From a virus (lineage: Duplodnaviria > Caudoviricetes), in the IMG/VR virus record IMGVR_UViG_2799112583_000005, positions 6,192 to 70,191 of that record: a stretch of DNA of 64,000 nt; one strand, given 5' to 3'. This document shows, in pieces, positions 17,553-27,659 of this stretch; position 1 is the stretch's first letter; each line of letters starts with the position of its first letter. The notes beneath the pieces are model-generated. The model made no database searches. It was not told the origin of the DNA and was given only the letters and a program-made list of their open reading frames with translations. Position numbers and translations under genes: made by a program.

Positions 17553-18149
17553 GTGGCTGAGAAAGCGAATGCTCCGAACTGGAAGAAGATCAAAGCAGAA
17601 TACCTCCGCGGCGGTACGTCTTACGGAAAGCTCGCCCAGAAATACGGTATCCCCAAGACCACGATAGCGAGCAAGGCAAAGCGTGAGGGCTGGGGCGAAC
17701 TGCAGCAGGAAATTTCGGACGAAACTCGTACAAAAGTCGTACAGAAAATAGCCGAAAAAGAATCCGACCTTCTGGCCGAGCTCACAGATATGCAGGCAAA
17801 GGCAGCCCGCGGCCTATACAAGAAGATGCTCAGTGATATCAGCGAGTATCCGAACGGTGCCGGTACCCGAATCGTGCGCGAGACGGTGAAGGTCAAAGAG
17901 ATCGAGCTTGACGGCGGCGTGAAAAAGAAGATCCCGCTGAGATCATCCATCACAACCGATTTTGAATCTCTTGTGCGGGCGCTGGCCACACTCGGAAAAC
18001 TGTACGGCCTTGACGCCGGATCAATTCTGGCTAAGGAACGGATTGATCTGCAATACAATTCTCACGAGGATGAAGAGCCAGAAGACGACGGATTCCTTGA
18101 GGCGCTGAGCGGTACTGCTGCGGAGGACTGGGCGGATGAAGAAGGGTAA
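17553..18149 (+). CDS. Terminase small subunit
   Basis: N-terminal HTH PNWKKIKAEY..G.TSYGKLAQKYG; overlaps terL; C-terminal DDGFLEAL. Confidence 0.75.
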   Translation: MAEKANAPNWKKIKAEYLRGGTSYGKLAQKYGIPKTTIASKAKREGWGELQQEISDETRTKVVQKIAEKESDLLAELTDMQAKAARGLYKKMLSDISEYPNGAGTRIVRETVKVKEIELDGGVKKKIPLRSSITTDFESLVRALATLGKLYGLDAGSILAKERIDLQYNSHEDEEPEDDGFLEALSGTAAEDWADEEG

Positions 18150-19410
18150 GCCTGTATTCAAGTTCAAGCCGTTCAGCAAGAAGCAGCGAAAAGTCCTGAA
18201 CTGGTGGACGCCTGGAAGCCCGGTCAGAGATGCGGACGGCATCATTGCGGATGGCGCGATAAGAAGCGGCAAGACGCTTTCCATGTCCCTGTCCTTCGTC
18301 CTATGGGCAATGTCCACGTTCAATGGGGAGAGCTTTGCCATGTGCGGGAAAACCGTCGGCAGTTTCCGCCGCAACGTTCTCTTTTGGCTTAAAATTATGC
18401 TCTATGGGCGAGGGTACCACTGCGAGGAAAAGCGCAGTGATAACCTTGTCATCATATCCCGGGGCTCGGTCGAGAATTATTTCTATATCTTCGGTGGCAA
18501 GGACGAGAGAAGTCAGGACCTGATTCAAGGTATTACGCTCGCAGGCGTATTTCTGGACGAAGTTGCACTCATGCCGGAGAGTTTTGTCAACCAAGCAACA
18601 GGACGCTGCAGTGTTGACGGTTCGACGATGTGGTTCAACTGCAATCCGGAATATCCGTCGCATTGGTTCAAAGTGAACTGGATCGACAAGGCCAAGGAAA
18701 AGGGCCTGCTGTATCTCCATTTCACAATGGATGATAACCTGAGCCTTTCCGAGCGTGTCAAAGAAAGATACAAGCGCATGTATACCGGCGTCTGGTATGA
18801 GCGCTTTATCCTCGGCCTCTGGGTGCTTGCCCAGGGGCTTGTTTTCTCCATGTTCCAGGAGGCGATAGGAGATGCGCCGGAGGGAGAAGCGGAGAAATAC
18901 TGCCTTTCCATCGACTATGGTACTCAGAACGCCTTTGCCGCGCTCCTTTGGGGAAAATACGGCGACGTATGGTGGGCAATCCGTGAGTATTACTATTCCG
19001 GGCGGGACACCGGCGTACAGAAAACGGATGAAGAATATGCTGCTGATCTGGACAGCACCTTTGCGGATATAACGCCGGGGCGGGCCATCGAGACGATCAT
19101 TGACCCGTCTGCAGCGTCTTTCATTGCCCTGCTGCGCAAGCGCAATGGTAGGTACAAGGTCATCCCGGCAGACAATGCTGTACTTGATGGCATCCGAGAG
19201 ACGGCCACGGCCCTGAAGACTGGGAAAATCAAGATCAGCCGCCTTTTGACCGCGTGGCGCAAAGAGGCCGAGGGCTATGTCTGGGACGAAAAAGAGAAAG
19301 AGGACAAACCAGTCAAGGTCAATGACCATGCCATGGACGCAACTCGTTATTTCGTTAAGACAAAGCGAATCTGTATGGTCAAGCGAAAATACACATCTAT
19401 TTTGAGATGA
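18136..19410 (+). CDS. Terminase large subunit (PBSX type)
   Basis: Walker A GAIRSGKT, Walker B VFLDE, CNP, nuclease DYG, IIDPSA, NDHAMDA. Confidence 0.95.
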   Translation: MKKGKPVFKFKPFSKKQRKVLNWWTPGSPVRDADGIIADGAIRSGKTLSMSLSFVLWAMSTFNGESFAMCGKTVGSFRRNVLFWLKIMLYGRGYHCEEKRSDNLVIISRGSVENYFYIFGGKDERSQDLIQGITLAGVFLDEVALMPESFVNQATGRCSVDGSTMWFNCNPEYPSHWFKVNWIDKAKEKGLLYLHFTMDDNLSLSERVKERYKRMYTGVWYERFILGLWVLAQGLVFSMFQEAIGDAPEGEAEKYCLSIDYGTQNAFAALLWGKYGDVWWAIREYYYSGRDTGVQKTDEEYAADLDSTFADITPGRAIETIIDPSAASFIALLRKRNGRYKVIPADNAVLDGIRETATALKTGKIKISRLLTAWRKEAEGYVWDEKEKEDKPVKVNDHAMDATRYFVKTKRICMVKRKYTSILR

Positions 19411-19427
19411 AGGGAGAGTGAGCGGAA

Positions 19428-20867
19428 TTGCTGACATATGAGGACTTTCAGCGTTGCGGAGAGGATGAAGCGCTCCGAAAGCAGTTTATCTTAAGCGCCA
19501 TTCAGGAGCACCAGGCAGACCCGCGTGTTCGCTTCGCCCTTGACGCGCAAAAATACTATGATGGCGAAAACCCGACAATCAACCGGTATGAGAAGATCCT
19601 GTATGACATGGCTGGCCGTGCTCACGTTGATATGTGGACTGCAAATCACAAGATCGCAAGCAAGATTTACAAGCGTGTGGTCAATCAGGAGATTGCGTAC
19701 CTTCTCGGGAACGGCGTCCGGTTCTCTGAAAAGGACACCAAAAAGAAAGTCGGCAAGCTCTTTGACAGGCGCGTCATGCAGGCCACGCTCTACGCGAGAA
19801 CTGCCGGTGAAGCCTATGGATTCTGGAACAACGACCATCTTGAAGTGTTTCGCTTCTGTGAATTCAAGGCGCTGCCCGGCGAGGAAACCGGACTGATCAT
19901 GGCAGGGATTCGCTATTGGCGTCTTGCACCGGACAAGCCGCTGCGTGTGACGTTGTTTGAACTGGACGGCTATAGCGAGTATATTCATCGTTCCGGGGAA
20001 GAGCTGACAATCCTGCACCCTAAAAGGCCGTACAAGATAATTGTGCGCCGCTCCGTAGCGGAGGGCGAACAGGTTATCGGCGGCGGCAACTATGACGGTT
20101 TCCCGATTGTCCCAATCTACGCCAATGAAGAGCACAAGTCATCTCTGAACGGCCAGAGGAACACTATTGACGCATTGGACATTGCCCGTTCCGGCATGGT
20201 GAACAACACAAGCGAGGGCGCGTTGATCTATTGGGTCATCAAGAACGCCCAGGGCATGGACGATCTGGATGATGCCAAATTCATCGAACGCCTTAAGACG
20301 GTACATGTTGCCCATGTGGACGGAGACGGCGGCGTTGATGCAGAAGCACACAGCATTGACGCGCCGATAGAATCCACGAAGGCCACAATCTCCGAACTCA
20401 AGGATGGCCTGAACGAAGATTTCCAGTCTTTCGACTACAAAGCCGCTGCTGCCGCCGGTCAGACCGCGACGGGCGTTCTCTTGTCTCAAGCTGATCTTGA
20501 CCTCAAGTGCGATATGGAGATTGAGCCGCAGGTCACGGAGTTCATCATCGGGATTCTCACGCTTGCTGGAATTGACGATGAGCCGAGCTATGAGCGCAAC
20601 CGCTTCGTGAACAAGCTGGAAGAGACGCAGGCAATCATCATGCAGGCCGAGTATATGACTGAGGACTACATTACCAAGAAGCTCCTGACCATCAACGGCG
20701 ACATTGACATGTATGAGGATATGATCCAGCAGAAGGACGCCGCCGACGCCGAACGGCTTCGGGCTGCAGAAGCGCGGCTGAAAGAAATGGAGAAGAAAAA
20801 TGACGGAAGCGGAAGCAATAGCGATCTTGGAGGTAATAACTCCGGAACAGAGAACAGAGCTGATTGA
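19428..20867 (+). CDS. Portal protein (SPP1 gp6-like)
   Basis: 479 aa after terL; YLLGNGV, FPIVPI, IDALD. Confidence 0.85.
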   Translation: MLTYEDFQRCGEDEALRKQFILSAIQEHQADPRVRFALDAQKYYDGENPTINRYEKILYDMAGRAHVDMWTANHKIASKIYKRVVNQEIAYLLGNGVRFSEKDTKKKVGKLFDRRVMQATLYARTAGEAYGFWNNDHLEVFRFCEFKALPGEETGLIMAGIRYWRLAPDKPLRVTLFELDGYSEYIHRSGEELTILHPKRPYKIIVRRSVAEGEQVIGGGNYDGFPIVPIYANEEHKSSLNGQRNTIDALDIARSGMVNNTSEGALIYWVIKNAQGMDDLDDAKFIERLKTVHVAHVDGDGGVDAEAHSIDAPIESTKATISELKDGLNEDFQSFDYKAAAAAGQTATGVLLSQADLDLKCDMEIEPQVTEFIIGILTLAGIDDEPSYERNRFVNKLEETQAIIMQAEYMTEDYITKKLLTINGDIDMYEDMIQQKDAADAERLRAAEARLKEMEKKNDGSGSNSDLGGNNSGTENRAD

Positions 20868-21087
20868 GGCTGTCCAGAGAATATGCGATAAACTTGCTGA
20901 AATAGCATCGACTGTTGTAGAAACTATTAACAGCATTTTCCCTTATGTGGTCGATGAACTGGCTGAATATGTGAAGGCCATCGAAAGAACAGAGAGGAAA
21001 CAACACTGGAAACCTGTCAGGAACACGATTCCCAAATACTCAAATGTGCCGCACCGAGTAAGACCGTGCGCAAGGAGCTGTTGCTGA
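20800..21087 (+). CDS. Hypothetical protein
   Basis: Open frame between portal and minor capsid. Confidence 0.45.
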   Translation: MTEAEAIAILEVITPEQRTELIEAVQRICDKLAEIASTVVETINSIFPYVVDELAEYVKAIERTERKQHWKPVRNTIPKYSNVPHRVRPCARSCC

Positions 21088-22539
21088 ATGCCCGATCAAG
21101 GCCACATTCTGACCGACAAAATGCTCAACGATCTGGAAAACCGTATCGCTGATGAATATGCCAAGGCGTCCAGGAGCATGCAAAAGAAGTTCCAGGATTA
21201 CATGGAGCAATTCAAGGCGGGCGAGGCTAAACAGAAAGCATTGCTGGACGCTGGGAAGATCACAAAGGATGACTATAATAACTGGCGCTTTCGTCATGAG
21301 GCAATGGGTAAGCGATGGGAGCAGATGAAAGACGTTCTCGCTGCGGATATGGAAAATGCGAGGAACATTGCCCTCAAAATTGCTGGTGAGCGGATGCCCG
21401 ACGTTTATGCCCTCAACGCGAACTATGCCACCTATCAGATCGAGTATGACGGCCGAATCGACACGAGCTTTGTCCTATACAACCATGACGCGGCCGAATA
21501 TCTCGTAAAGGATACGCGGCAACTCATGCCACCCCCGAGCGCGAAAAAGGCTGCGGAGATAGCAGCCAACAAAACCATGCAATGGGACAAGCAGAAAATC
21601 CAGAGCGCTGTTTTACAAGGGATTCTCCAGGGCGAATCTCCACACAAGGTTGCCGAGCGGCTGCGTGGTGTTGCTGAGATGGGGTATAATGCATCTGTCC
21701 GATATGCCCGAACGATGACTACGAGTGCACAGAATGCTGGCCGATATGAGAGCTATCGAAGGGCGAAGAGAATGGGCGTTGACCTCACGATAGAATGGGA
21801 AGCAACGCTTGATGACCGCACACGTCACGCTCATCGTCAGATGCATGGTCAGCGCACGACCGTGGACGAACCATTTTATACACCTGACGGATATACGATT
21901 TATTATCCGGGCGACTGCACCGGATCGAGTGATGCTCCACAGCGGGAAATCTGGAACTGTCGCTGTACTCTTCTGGCGTGGGTCAAGGGCTTCGAGAGCG
22001 ATACGGTGAAGTCTTCTCCCAAAATGCACGATATGACCTTTGAAGAGTGGCAGCAGTCCAAGCCAATCCCCGATTCACAGTCGGATAGACAGCAGTTTAA
22101 GGAGTATCAGCAGCTCCTTGGGAAAAGAGCTCCGAAAAAGCTTGAAGAGTTCCGCGACACGAAATATAATAAGCCCGAGGCATGGGAAAAATTGAAAGCA
22201 GATGCGAGGCAGCGCCGAAGCGACCTTAATGGCGCAAATGCTCCGATCAAATTCAAGGATTCTCAGTTTGGAAAGAAAGCCGGGAAACACGCTGCTGACT
22301 ATGGTCTTGACCCAAAGAGTACCGAAGACAGGGACAAGTTAAAGTCGATAATAAGAGACATTAGAGAAAACCGAAGCGAGGTAAGACGTGGGCAGTGGCG
22401 AGGGCAGACTGTTGAAGTATTCTTCCATATTAAGGGGGAAGACGTCGTGATAACAAAACCGGCTGGAGAGTTCATAACCATCATGAAAGTGGGCGTGGAA
22501 AATGAGAGGGTTAAGAACGCAAGAAGGATCAAGATTTGA
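21088..22539 (+). CDS. Minor head protein (MuF/gp7) with C-terminal colicin-D-like toxin domain
   Basis: ARTMTT..QNAGR, WEATLDDRTRHAH..MHG, NCRC; C-terminal QFGKKAGKHAADYGL..GQWRG..GEFIT. Confidence 0.8.
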   Translation: MPDQGHILTDKMLNDLENRIADEYAKASRSMQKKFQDYMEQFKAGEAKQKALLDAGKITKDDYNNWRFRHEAMGKRWEQMKDVLAADMENARNIALKIAGERMPDVYALNANYATYQIEYDGRIDTSFVLYNHDAAEYLVKDTRQLMPPPSAKKAAEIAANKTMQWDKQKIQSAVLQGILQGESPHKVAERLRGVAEMGYNASVRYARTMTTSAQNAGRYESYRRAKRMGVDLTIEWEATLDDRTRHAHRQMHGQRTTVDEPFYTPDGYTIYYPGDCTGSSDAPQREIWNCRCTLLAWVKGFESDTVKSSPKMHDMTFEEWQQSKPIPDSQSDRQQFKEYQQLLGKRAPKKLEEFRDTKYNKPEAWEKLKADARQRRSDLNGANAPIKFKDSQFGKKAGKHAADYGLDPKSTEDRDKLKSIIRDIRENRSEVRRGQWRGQTVEVFFHIKGEDVVITKPAGEFITIMKVGVENERVKNARRIKI

Positions 22540-22804
22540 GCGGTTCTTCTCACTAATCCAGGATGCTGCAGCAACACGCGGTTGCGTTTTTTTCGCAGAC
22601 GCCGGCGACGGACATGAGTTTTCCACAGCCGAGATGGATGGGGAAAATATGATGGGATGGCTGATCCCGTCTGAAAGAGCAGACGAGTTTGAGCAGCTAT
22701 TCCTTAGTGGGGAAGACATCCCGGAAGAGTGGGAAAACCTGTTTTGCTGGGCTGAATGGGTAAACGCCGAGAGCCCCGAGATTGCCTTTAACTTCTATGG
22801 CTAA
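22502..22804 (+). CDS. Putative immunity protein of the MuF toxin
   Basis: 100 aa, acidic, overlaps the toxin 3' end. Confidence 0.55.
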   Translation: MRGLRTQEGSRFERFFSLIQDAAATRGCVFFADAGDGHEFSTAEMDGENMMGWLIPSERADEFEQLFLSGEDIPEEWENLFCWAEWVNAESPEIAFNFYG

Positions 22805-23219
22805 TTTTACTATCCGAGTTGAAGACCATAGCGACGAAGTGCTCAAAGAAATGGAAGAGATCAAGGAGCGCATCCTCGAAGCGTGGGGACAGCAGGGCGT
22901 CAGCTATGTCAAACAAGTCATCACGGCGACCAGCCGTGTTGACACTGGTGCAATGCGCAATAGCATCAGTCACCAGGTTGCTGAGGGCGAGAGCGCTGTC
23001 TATGTTGGAACGAACGACGAGAAGGCAATCTATCATGAATACGGAACCGGCATACACGCCGACAATGGAAGAGGCCGAAAGACGCCGTGGCACTATCAGG
23101 ATAGACACGGCGAGTGGCATACCACGCGCGGCATGAAGCCGATCCACATGATAAAGAATGGCATTGGCGACCATGTCAAACAGTTCAAACAGATCGCTGA
23201 AAATGAATTGAAGAAATAG
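22797..23219 (+). CDS. HK97 gp10-like neck/tail-completion protein
   Basis: VDTGAMRNSI, VYVGTN..AIYHEYGTG, TRGMKP. Confidence 0.8.
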   Translation: MANFTIRVEDHSDEVLKEMEEIKERILEAWGQQGVSYVKQVITATSRVDTGAMRNSISHQVAEGESAVYVGTNDEKAIYHEYGTGIHADNGRGRKTPWHYQDRHGEWHTTRGMKPIHMIKNGIGDHVKQFKQIAENELKK

Positions 23220-23252
23220 CAACTGTCCGGTTTTTCAGGATAGTTGCTTTTT
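23218..23252 (+). terminator. Intrinsic terminator
   Basis: AGCAACTGTCC/GGATAGTTGCT + T tract. Confidence 0.7.
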
Positions 23253-23405
23253 TGTATGTGTATTTAACATTGTTAAGCGGGGCGCCTGGAACGGAAAAAC
23301 TGGCGCCTCGCTCGTTATCAAGGTAAAAACCGCGAGACACAGCGGCTTTTATAAATAAATCGAATGGGCGAGACACAGCCCACCGAGACAAAGGAGATTT
23401 ACGTT

Positions 23406-24023
23406 ATGGCATTTTCTATCAAGCAGATCAAAGCGATTCTGTCCAGCCACAACATGCCTGTTGATGACCTGGACGCTGCCGCCGAGGATATTTGCGCGAG
23501 ACACAGCGCAGACCTCGACAGTATCAAGGAAGAGCGCGACACCCTCAAGAAGGACGCCGAGACACTGGCGGACGCGAAGAAAGAGCTTGACGCGCTCAAG
23601 GCAAACACCGGCGACGATTTCAAGGCCAAGTGGGAAAAGGAGAAGCAGGACTTCGCTGCCTACAAGGCCGGGGTCGAAAAGGAAAAGGCATTGGATGCAA
23701 AACGCGCTGTGCTGCGCGAAATCGCCAAGGACGCCGGACTTTCCGACGCCGGAATTGCCAAGGCCGTCAAGTACCACGACTTCGACAAGATGGAGCTTGA
23801 CGAGAAGGGCGCGGCAAAGGAAAAAGCCGCTATTTTGAAGGGCCTCAAAGAGGAATGGGCTGACTATGTTCAGACCACCGAAACCAGAGGCGCAAGCACT
23901 GCCACGCCGCCCGTCAATGCGGGCGCGGGCAGAATGACTGCCGACCAGATCATGGCTATTAAGGACGACGCAGAGCGGCAAACCGCTATTGCGCAGAACC
24001 TTGACCTGTTCGGCGGCATGTAA
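23406..24023 (+). CDS. Capsid scaffolding protein
   Basis: Coiled-coil, K/E-rich, directly upstream of capsid; RBS AAGGAG. Confidence 0.8.
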   Translation: MAFSIKQIKAILSSHNMPVDDLDAAAEDICARHSADLDSIKEERDTLKKDAETLADAKKELDALKANTGDDFKAKWEKEKQDFAAYKAGVEKEKALDAKRAVLREIAKDAGLSDAGIAKAVKYHDFDKMELDEKGAAKEKAAILKGLKEEWADYVQTTETRGASTATPPVNAGAGRMTADQIMAIKDDAERQTAIAQNLDLFGGM

Positions 24024-24042
24024 ATAAGAAAGGAGCCGAAAA

Positions 24043-24975
24043 ATGGCTAATGTAGTCACTACCCCCGAAACCAACGTTATCACCACCCAGCAGATGAGCA
24101 AGGCGCGCGAGATCGACTTCGTCCGCCGCTTTACCGGTGCGTCCCTCCAGAAGCTGATCGAGGTCCTCGGTGTAACCCGGAAGATCCCCATGATCGACGG
24201 CACCAAGCTCTACTACTACGTCACCACCGGCACGCTGCAGAGCGGCATCGTTCCCGAGGGTGAAATTATCCCCCTGTCCCAGTACAAGCGGGACAAGGTT
24301 CCTGTCGGCGACATCACGCTGAAGAAATGGCGCAAGGCTGCCACCGCCGAAGCGATCCTTAAATCCGGCTATGACGAGGCCGTGCGCGAGACCGATAAGA
24401 AACTGCTGGCTGACGTGCAGAACGGCATCCGCGCGGACTTCTTCACCTATCTGACCGGCATCGTGCAGCCTGCGAGCGGCACCGAGGGCCAGGACGGATA
24501 TGTGCCCGCCGTCGGCACTGCCGTAACCGGCAGCACACTGCAGGCGGTTATCGCCAAGACCTGGGGCAACCTGCAGGTTCTGTTCGAGAACGACAGCGCG
24601 GACATCGTCCACTTCATCCACCCGCTGACAATTGCAGACTATCTTGCCGCTGCCAACATCACGGCGCAGACCGCATTCGGCTTCTCCTACGTCGAGAACT
24701 TCCTCGGTATGGGTACGGTCATCATGAACAGCCGTGTTCCTGCCAATGCCGTGTACAGCACGGCCAAGGAAAACCTGATCATGTACTATATCCCTGTGAC
24801 CGCTGATGCCATGAAGGCATTCACCATGACTGCCGATCGGACCGGCTATGTTGGCATCAAGAGCGGCTACCAGACCGAGGAGCGCGCCCAGATCGAGTCT
24901 CTGGTCATGTCCGGCATTCAGTTCCTCGTAGAGTACGCGAACGGAGTGGTCAAAGGAACCATTGCCAACGGCTGA
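24043..24975 (+). CDS. Major capsid protein
   Basis: 310 aa; VPEGEIIPLS, LKKWRKAATAEAI..SGYD.AV.ETD. Confidence 0.8.
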   Translation: MANVVTTPETNVITTQQMSKAREIDFVRRFTGASLQKLIEVLGVTRKIPMIDGTKLYYYVTTGTLQSGIVPEGEIIPLSQYKRDKVPVGDITLKKWRKAATAEAILKSGYDEAVRETDKKLLADVQNGIRADFFTYLTGIVQPASGTEGQDGYVPAVGTAVTGSTLQAVIAKTWGNLQVLFENDSADIVHFIHPLTIADYLAAANITAQTAFGFSYVENFLGMGTVIMNSRVPANAVYSTAKENLIMYYIPVTADAMKAFTMTADRTGYVGIKSGYQTEERAQIESLVMSGIQFLVEYANGVVKGTIANG

Positions 24976-24977
24976 TC

Positions 24978-25202
24978 ATGGCGCGGTCTAAGAAGAACAC
25001 CGCCGTTGAATTGTCAGCAGTGACAGCAATTGTGCATTCTGCGCCGGGTCTCAACCTCCGCAAAAGCCCGGCGCTCAATGCGCCCGTTCTGCGCATTTTG
25101 CAGGATGGCGAGCAGATCACCCTTGACAGTAGTTTGGAAGCGCCCAACGGATGGAAAGCCGTTGCAGGCGGCGGTTTTGTGATGGCGCAGTATATCCAGT
25201 AA
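24978..25202 (+). CDS. Small SH3b-like domain protein in the head module
   Basis: GLNLRKSPALNAPVLRILQDGEQI....NGW.....GFVMAQYI. Confidence 0.6.
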   Translation: MARSKKNTAVELSAVTAIVHSAPGLNLRKSPALNAPVLRILQDGEQITLDSSLEAPNGWKAVAGGGFVMAQYIQ

Positions 25203-25214
25203 AGGAGTGGTGAC

Positions 25215-25670
25215 ATGGAGATCGAACTGACCGAGGTCTGCCAAGAGCTTCGAAATTGGTTTGACCGTGAACACTATTTTGGGCGAATCACGCTTGCCGC
25301 CAATGGAGACGTGTACTGCAACGGCGTTGCAATCGGCCTGTTGGATGGACAGTATTTCCGAGTCACAGGCTCGGTGTTTGCTGACGGGGTACACAAATAT
25401 CCAGACACACAGACGGTCGGAGAAACCTTCGACGGCGCTGTGTGGGCGATGGCCGTTCCCGCATCTGTCATTAAACTTGCGACAGAGATCGCAGAATGGC
25501 GGGCGAAGTATGAGGCGCCTGACGCAGCCTCCATGTCACCGTATATGGCTGAGAGCTTTGGTGGCTATTCATATTCAAAGGGGAGTTCTTACACAGGGGC
25601 CGGCAGCGGGGGAGGCACAAGTTGGAAAAGTGCCTTTGCCGCGAAGCTAAACGCTTGGAGGAAAATCTGA
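25215..25670 (+). CDS. Head-tail connector (adaptor)
   Basis: LRNWF, AESFGGYSYSK, AAKLNAWRKI. Confidence 0.75.
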   Translation: MEIELTEVCQELRNWFDREHYFGRITLAANGDVYCNGVAIGLLDGQYFRVTGSVFADGVHKYPDTQTVGETFDGAVWAMAVPASVIKLATEIAEWRAKYEAPDAASMSPYMAESFGGYSYSKGSSYTGAGSGGGTSWKSAFAAKLNAWRKI

Positions 25671-26029
25671 TGAGCCTGCTTGATGATAAAATGGAGCCCT
25701 TTGTCATGATGGGCAAGCAAAGCGGGCTCGACGGAAATGGCGGTATTGTGCGAGAGTGGGCCGATGGCGAGGAATTCAAGGCCGCGGCTGTGCCAAATAA
25801 GTCCACAACTGTCCGCGTCGGCACTGTTCAGAGCGTGACCGGCTCATACACGATCACAACATCGCGCGCCGTCAATCTGCAGCCGTTCGATGTGTGCAAG
25901 CGGGTCCGCGATGGAAAGGTCTTTCTTGTCAAGTCGGATGGCGACGATAACGCTACACCCTCGACCGCGACGCTTGATATGCGTCAGGTGACTGCGGAAG
26001 AGTGGAAGCCTCAAAAATCCGAGGAATGA
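25670..26029 (+). CDS. Head closure protein
   Basis: Position after adaptor; DGNGG...WADGEEFKAA. Confidence 0.65.
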   Translation: MSLLDDKMEPFVMMGKQSGLDGNGGIVREWADGEEFKAAAVPNKSTTVRVGTVQSVTGSYTITTSRAVNLQPFDVCKRVRDGKVFLVKSDGDDNATPSTATLDMRQVTAEEWKPQKSEE

Positions 26030-26030
26030 G

Positions 26031-26423
26031 GTGTGGAGCATGACAAAACGCCAAGCAATACACACCTTCTGGTCCTCTTTCGACTGGCCGGCGATCAATG
26101 AGCAAAGCGATATCGATGAGGATACCGCGAAAGAGCTTGGATTTGATACAAGGCGTATCGAATACGAATTCCGTTCGGGGGATTACTCTGAACCCGTCGC
26201 TTTGACGGCCTCACTTTTCCAGCGGTCTGATTCCTGGACAGACATTGATGCCAAAGCGCGGGAAATCCGGGCGTTTATCAACCATGGCTACCGTGAGCCT
26301 ATTGACGGCGGCTATCTCTGGATAACGGCCGGGAACCCATTTACAAATGACGAGGCCCCGGCCGAAACCGGATGGAGGCGCGTCATTCTCAATATCAACG
26401 CACATTTTTTAACATCAACCTAA
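26031..26423 (+). CDS. Tail terminator-like protein
   Basis: Position before major tail gene; FWSSFDWPA. Confidence 0.6.
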   Translation: MWSMTKRQAIHTFWSSFDWPAINEQSDIDEDTAKELGFDTRRIEYEFRSGDYSEPVALTASLFQRSDSWTDIDAKAREIRAFINHGYREPIDGGYLWITAGNPFTNDEAPAETGWRRVILNINAHFLTST

Positions 26424-26447
26424 AGGACGGCATCTGCCGTCCTTTTT
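26422..26447 (+). terminator. Intrinsic terminator before major tail gene
   Basis: AAAGGACGGC-ATCT-GCCGTCCTTT-TT. Confidence 0.65.
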
Positions 26448-26468
26448 GCACATTGAAAGGAGAATCAT

Positions 26469-27302
26469 ATGGGACGCTTTACCCGTATCGCGGCTGACGC
26501 GATGGACGCTCTTCAGGTCGACGCCGGTGTACTTCTGAGCAATTTCGACCCGGAGAATCCCTACAAGACCCCGAGTGACGCTGACATCATTGCCACGACC
26601 ACCGGCGGCATCAACCCGACCTGCGAGCCGCAGTACAGTGACTACGGTGAGGATGTGGATAATGTGCCGAACAACGTGATGGAGTTCAAGCACCTGGACG
26701 GTTGGAACTGCGCTATGGGCTTTTCCTCCATCAAGTTCAACGCTGCGAATACCGTTTGGGCGCTCGGCGCCGCCGACAAGACCACGCTTGACAATGGCGT
26801 GACCAAGATTGTCCCGCGCCGCAATGTGAAGCTGACGGACTTCAAGGATCTCTGGTGGGTGGGCGATAAAGCCAACGGTGGCGCGTATGCCGTGTGCTTA
26901 AAAAATGCTATTTCCACGGGCGGTCTCAACATCAAGAGCAGCAAAAACGGCAAGGGCACCAATCAGCAGACGATCACCGGCCATGTGTCCATCAACGATC
27001 AGGACAAGATGCCGATGGAATTCTATGATATCCCGCCCGAGGACGGCGCAGGCGTTCAGCCTGAGGTTCAGCTCGAACAGCACCGGGCGACCGTAGCTGA
27101 GGGCGGCACCGTTGTGCTTCACGGCTATAGATATCCTATCGACGCGGAGATCACGTGGAGCAGCAGCAATACAGATGTGGCGACCGTGTCCGACGGAACA
27201 GTAACAGGCGTCGCCACTGGCAATTGCATCGTAACCGCATCGATCACGGTTGACGGTGTGACCTATAACGACACCTGCACAGTGATCGTAACGGAGGGCT
27301 AA
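26469..27302 (+). CDS. Major tail protein with C-terminal Ig-like (Big_2) domain
   Basis: ATTTGG, DFKDLWWVGD; C-terminal ITWSSSNTDVATVSDGTVTGVATG. Confidence 0.85.
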   Translation: MGRFTRIAADAMDALQVDAGVLLSNFDPENPYKTPSDADIIATTTGGINPTCEPQYSDYGEDVDNVPNNVMEFKHLDGWNCAMGFSSIKFNAANTVWALGAADKTTLDNGVTKIVPRRNVKLTDFKDLWWVGDKANGGAYAVCLKNAISTGGLNIKSSKNGKGTNQQTITGHVSINDQDKMPMEFYDIPPEDGAGVQPEVQLEQHRATVAEGGTVVLHGYRYPIDAEITWSSSNTDVATVSDGTVTGVATGNCIVTASITVDGVTYNDTCTVIVTEG

Positions 27303-27305
27303 CAC

Positions 27306-27659
27306 ATGGATAGGACCAACGAAGAGCGGCTGGACTTTCTGGCCGACATGATGGAACCGGCCGCGGAGATTTTCTCGGATCCGGAATTGCAGAAGATCAT
27401 CAACTCCGGCGTTGCTCCGCTCAAGGCCGTTAAACCGGCCATCAAGAATCACAAGACAGCCTGTATCTCCATCCTCGCGGCGCTGGAGGAAACGCCTGTT
27501 GAGGAATACCACGTTCCGGCTCCCGGTGCTTTCTTCTTGAAAGTGCTCGGCCTGTTTTCTCGCCCGGAGGTCAAGGCGCTTTTTACTTCGCAGAGTCAGC
27601 AGAACGACAACGGCTCTTCTGGCTCTGCTACGGAGAATACCGCGGACGGCGGCAAATAA
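27306..27659 (+). CDS. Tail assembly chaperone (G)
   Basis: Between major tail and tape-measure genes. Confidence 0.75.
   Translation: MDRTNEERLDFLADMMEPAAEIFSDPELQKIINSGVAPLKAVKPAIKNHKTACISILAALEETPVEEYHVPAPGAFFLKVLGLFSRPEVKALFTSQSQQNDNGSSGSATENTADGGK

Noticed and set aside
20078-20095. GGCGGCAAC match to TR inside the portal gene as a second VR
   Set aside because: Only about 10 nt; no extended similarity.
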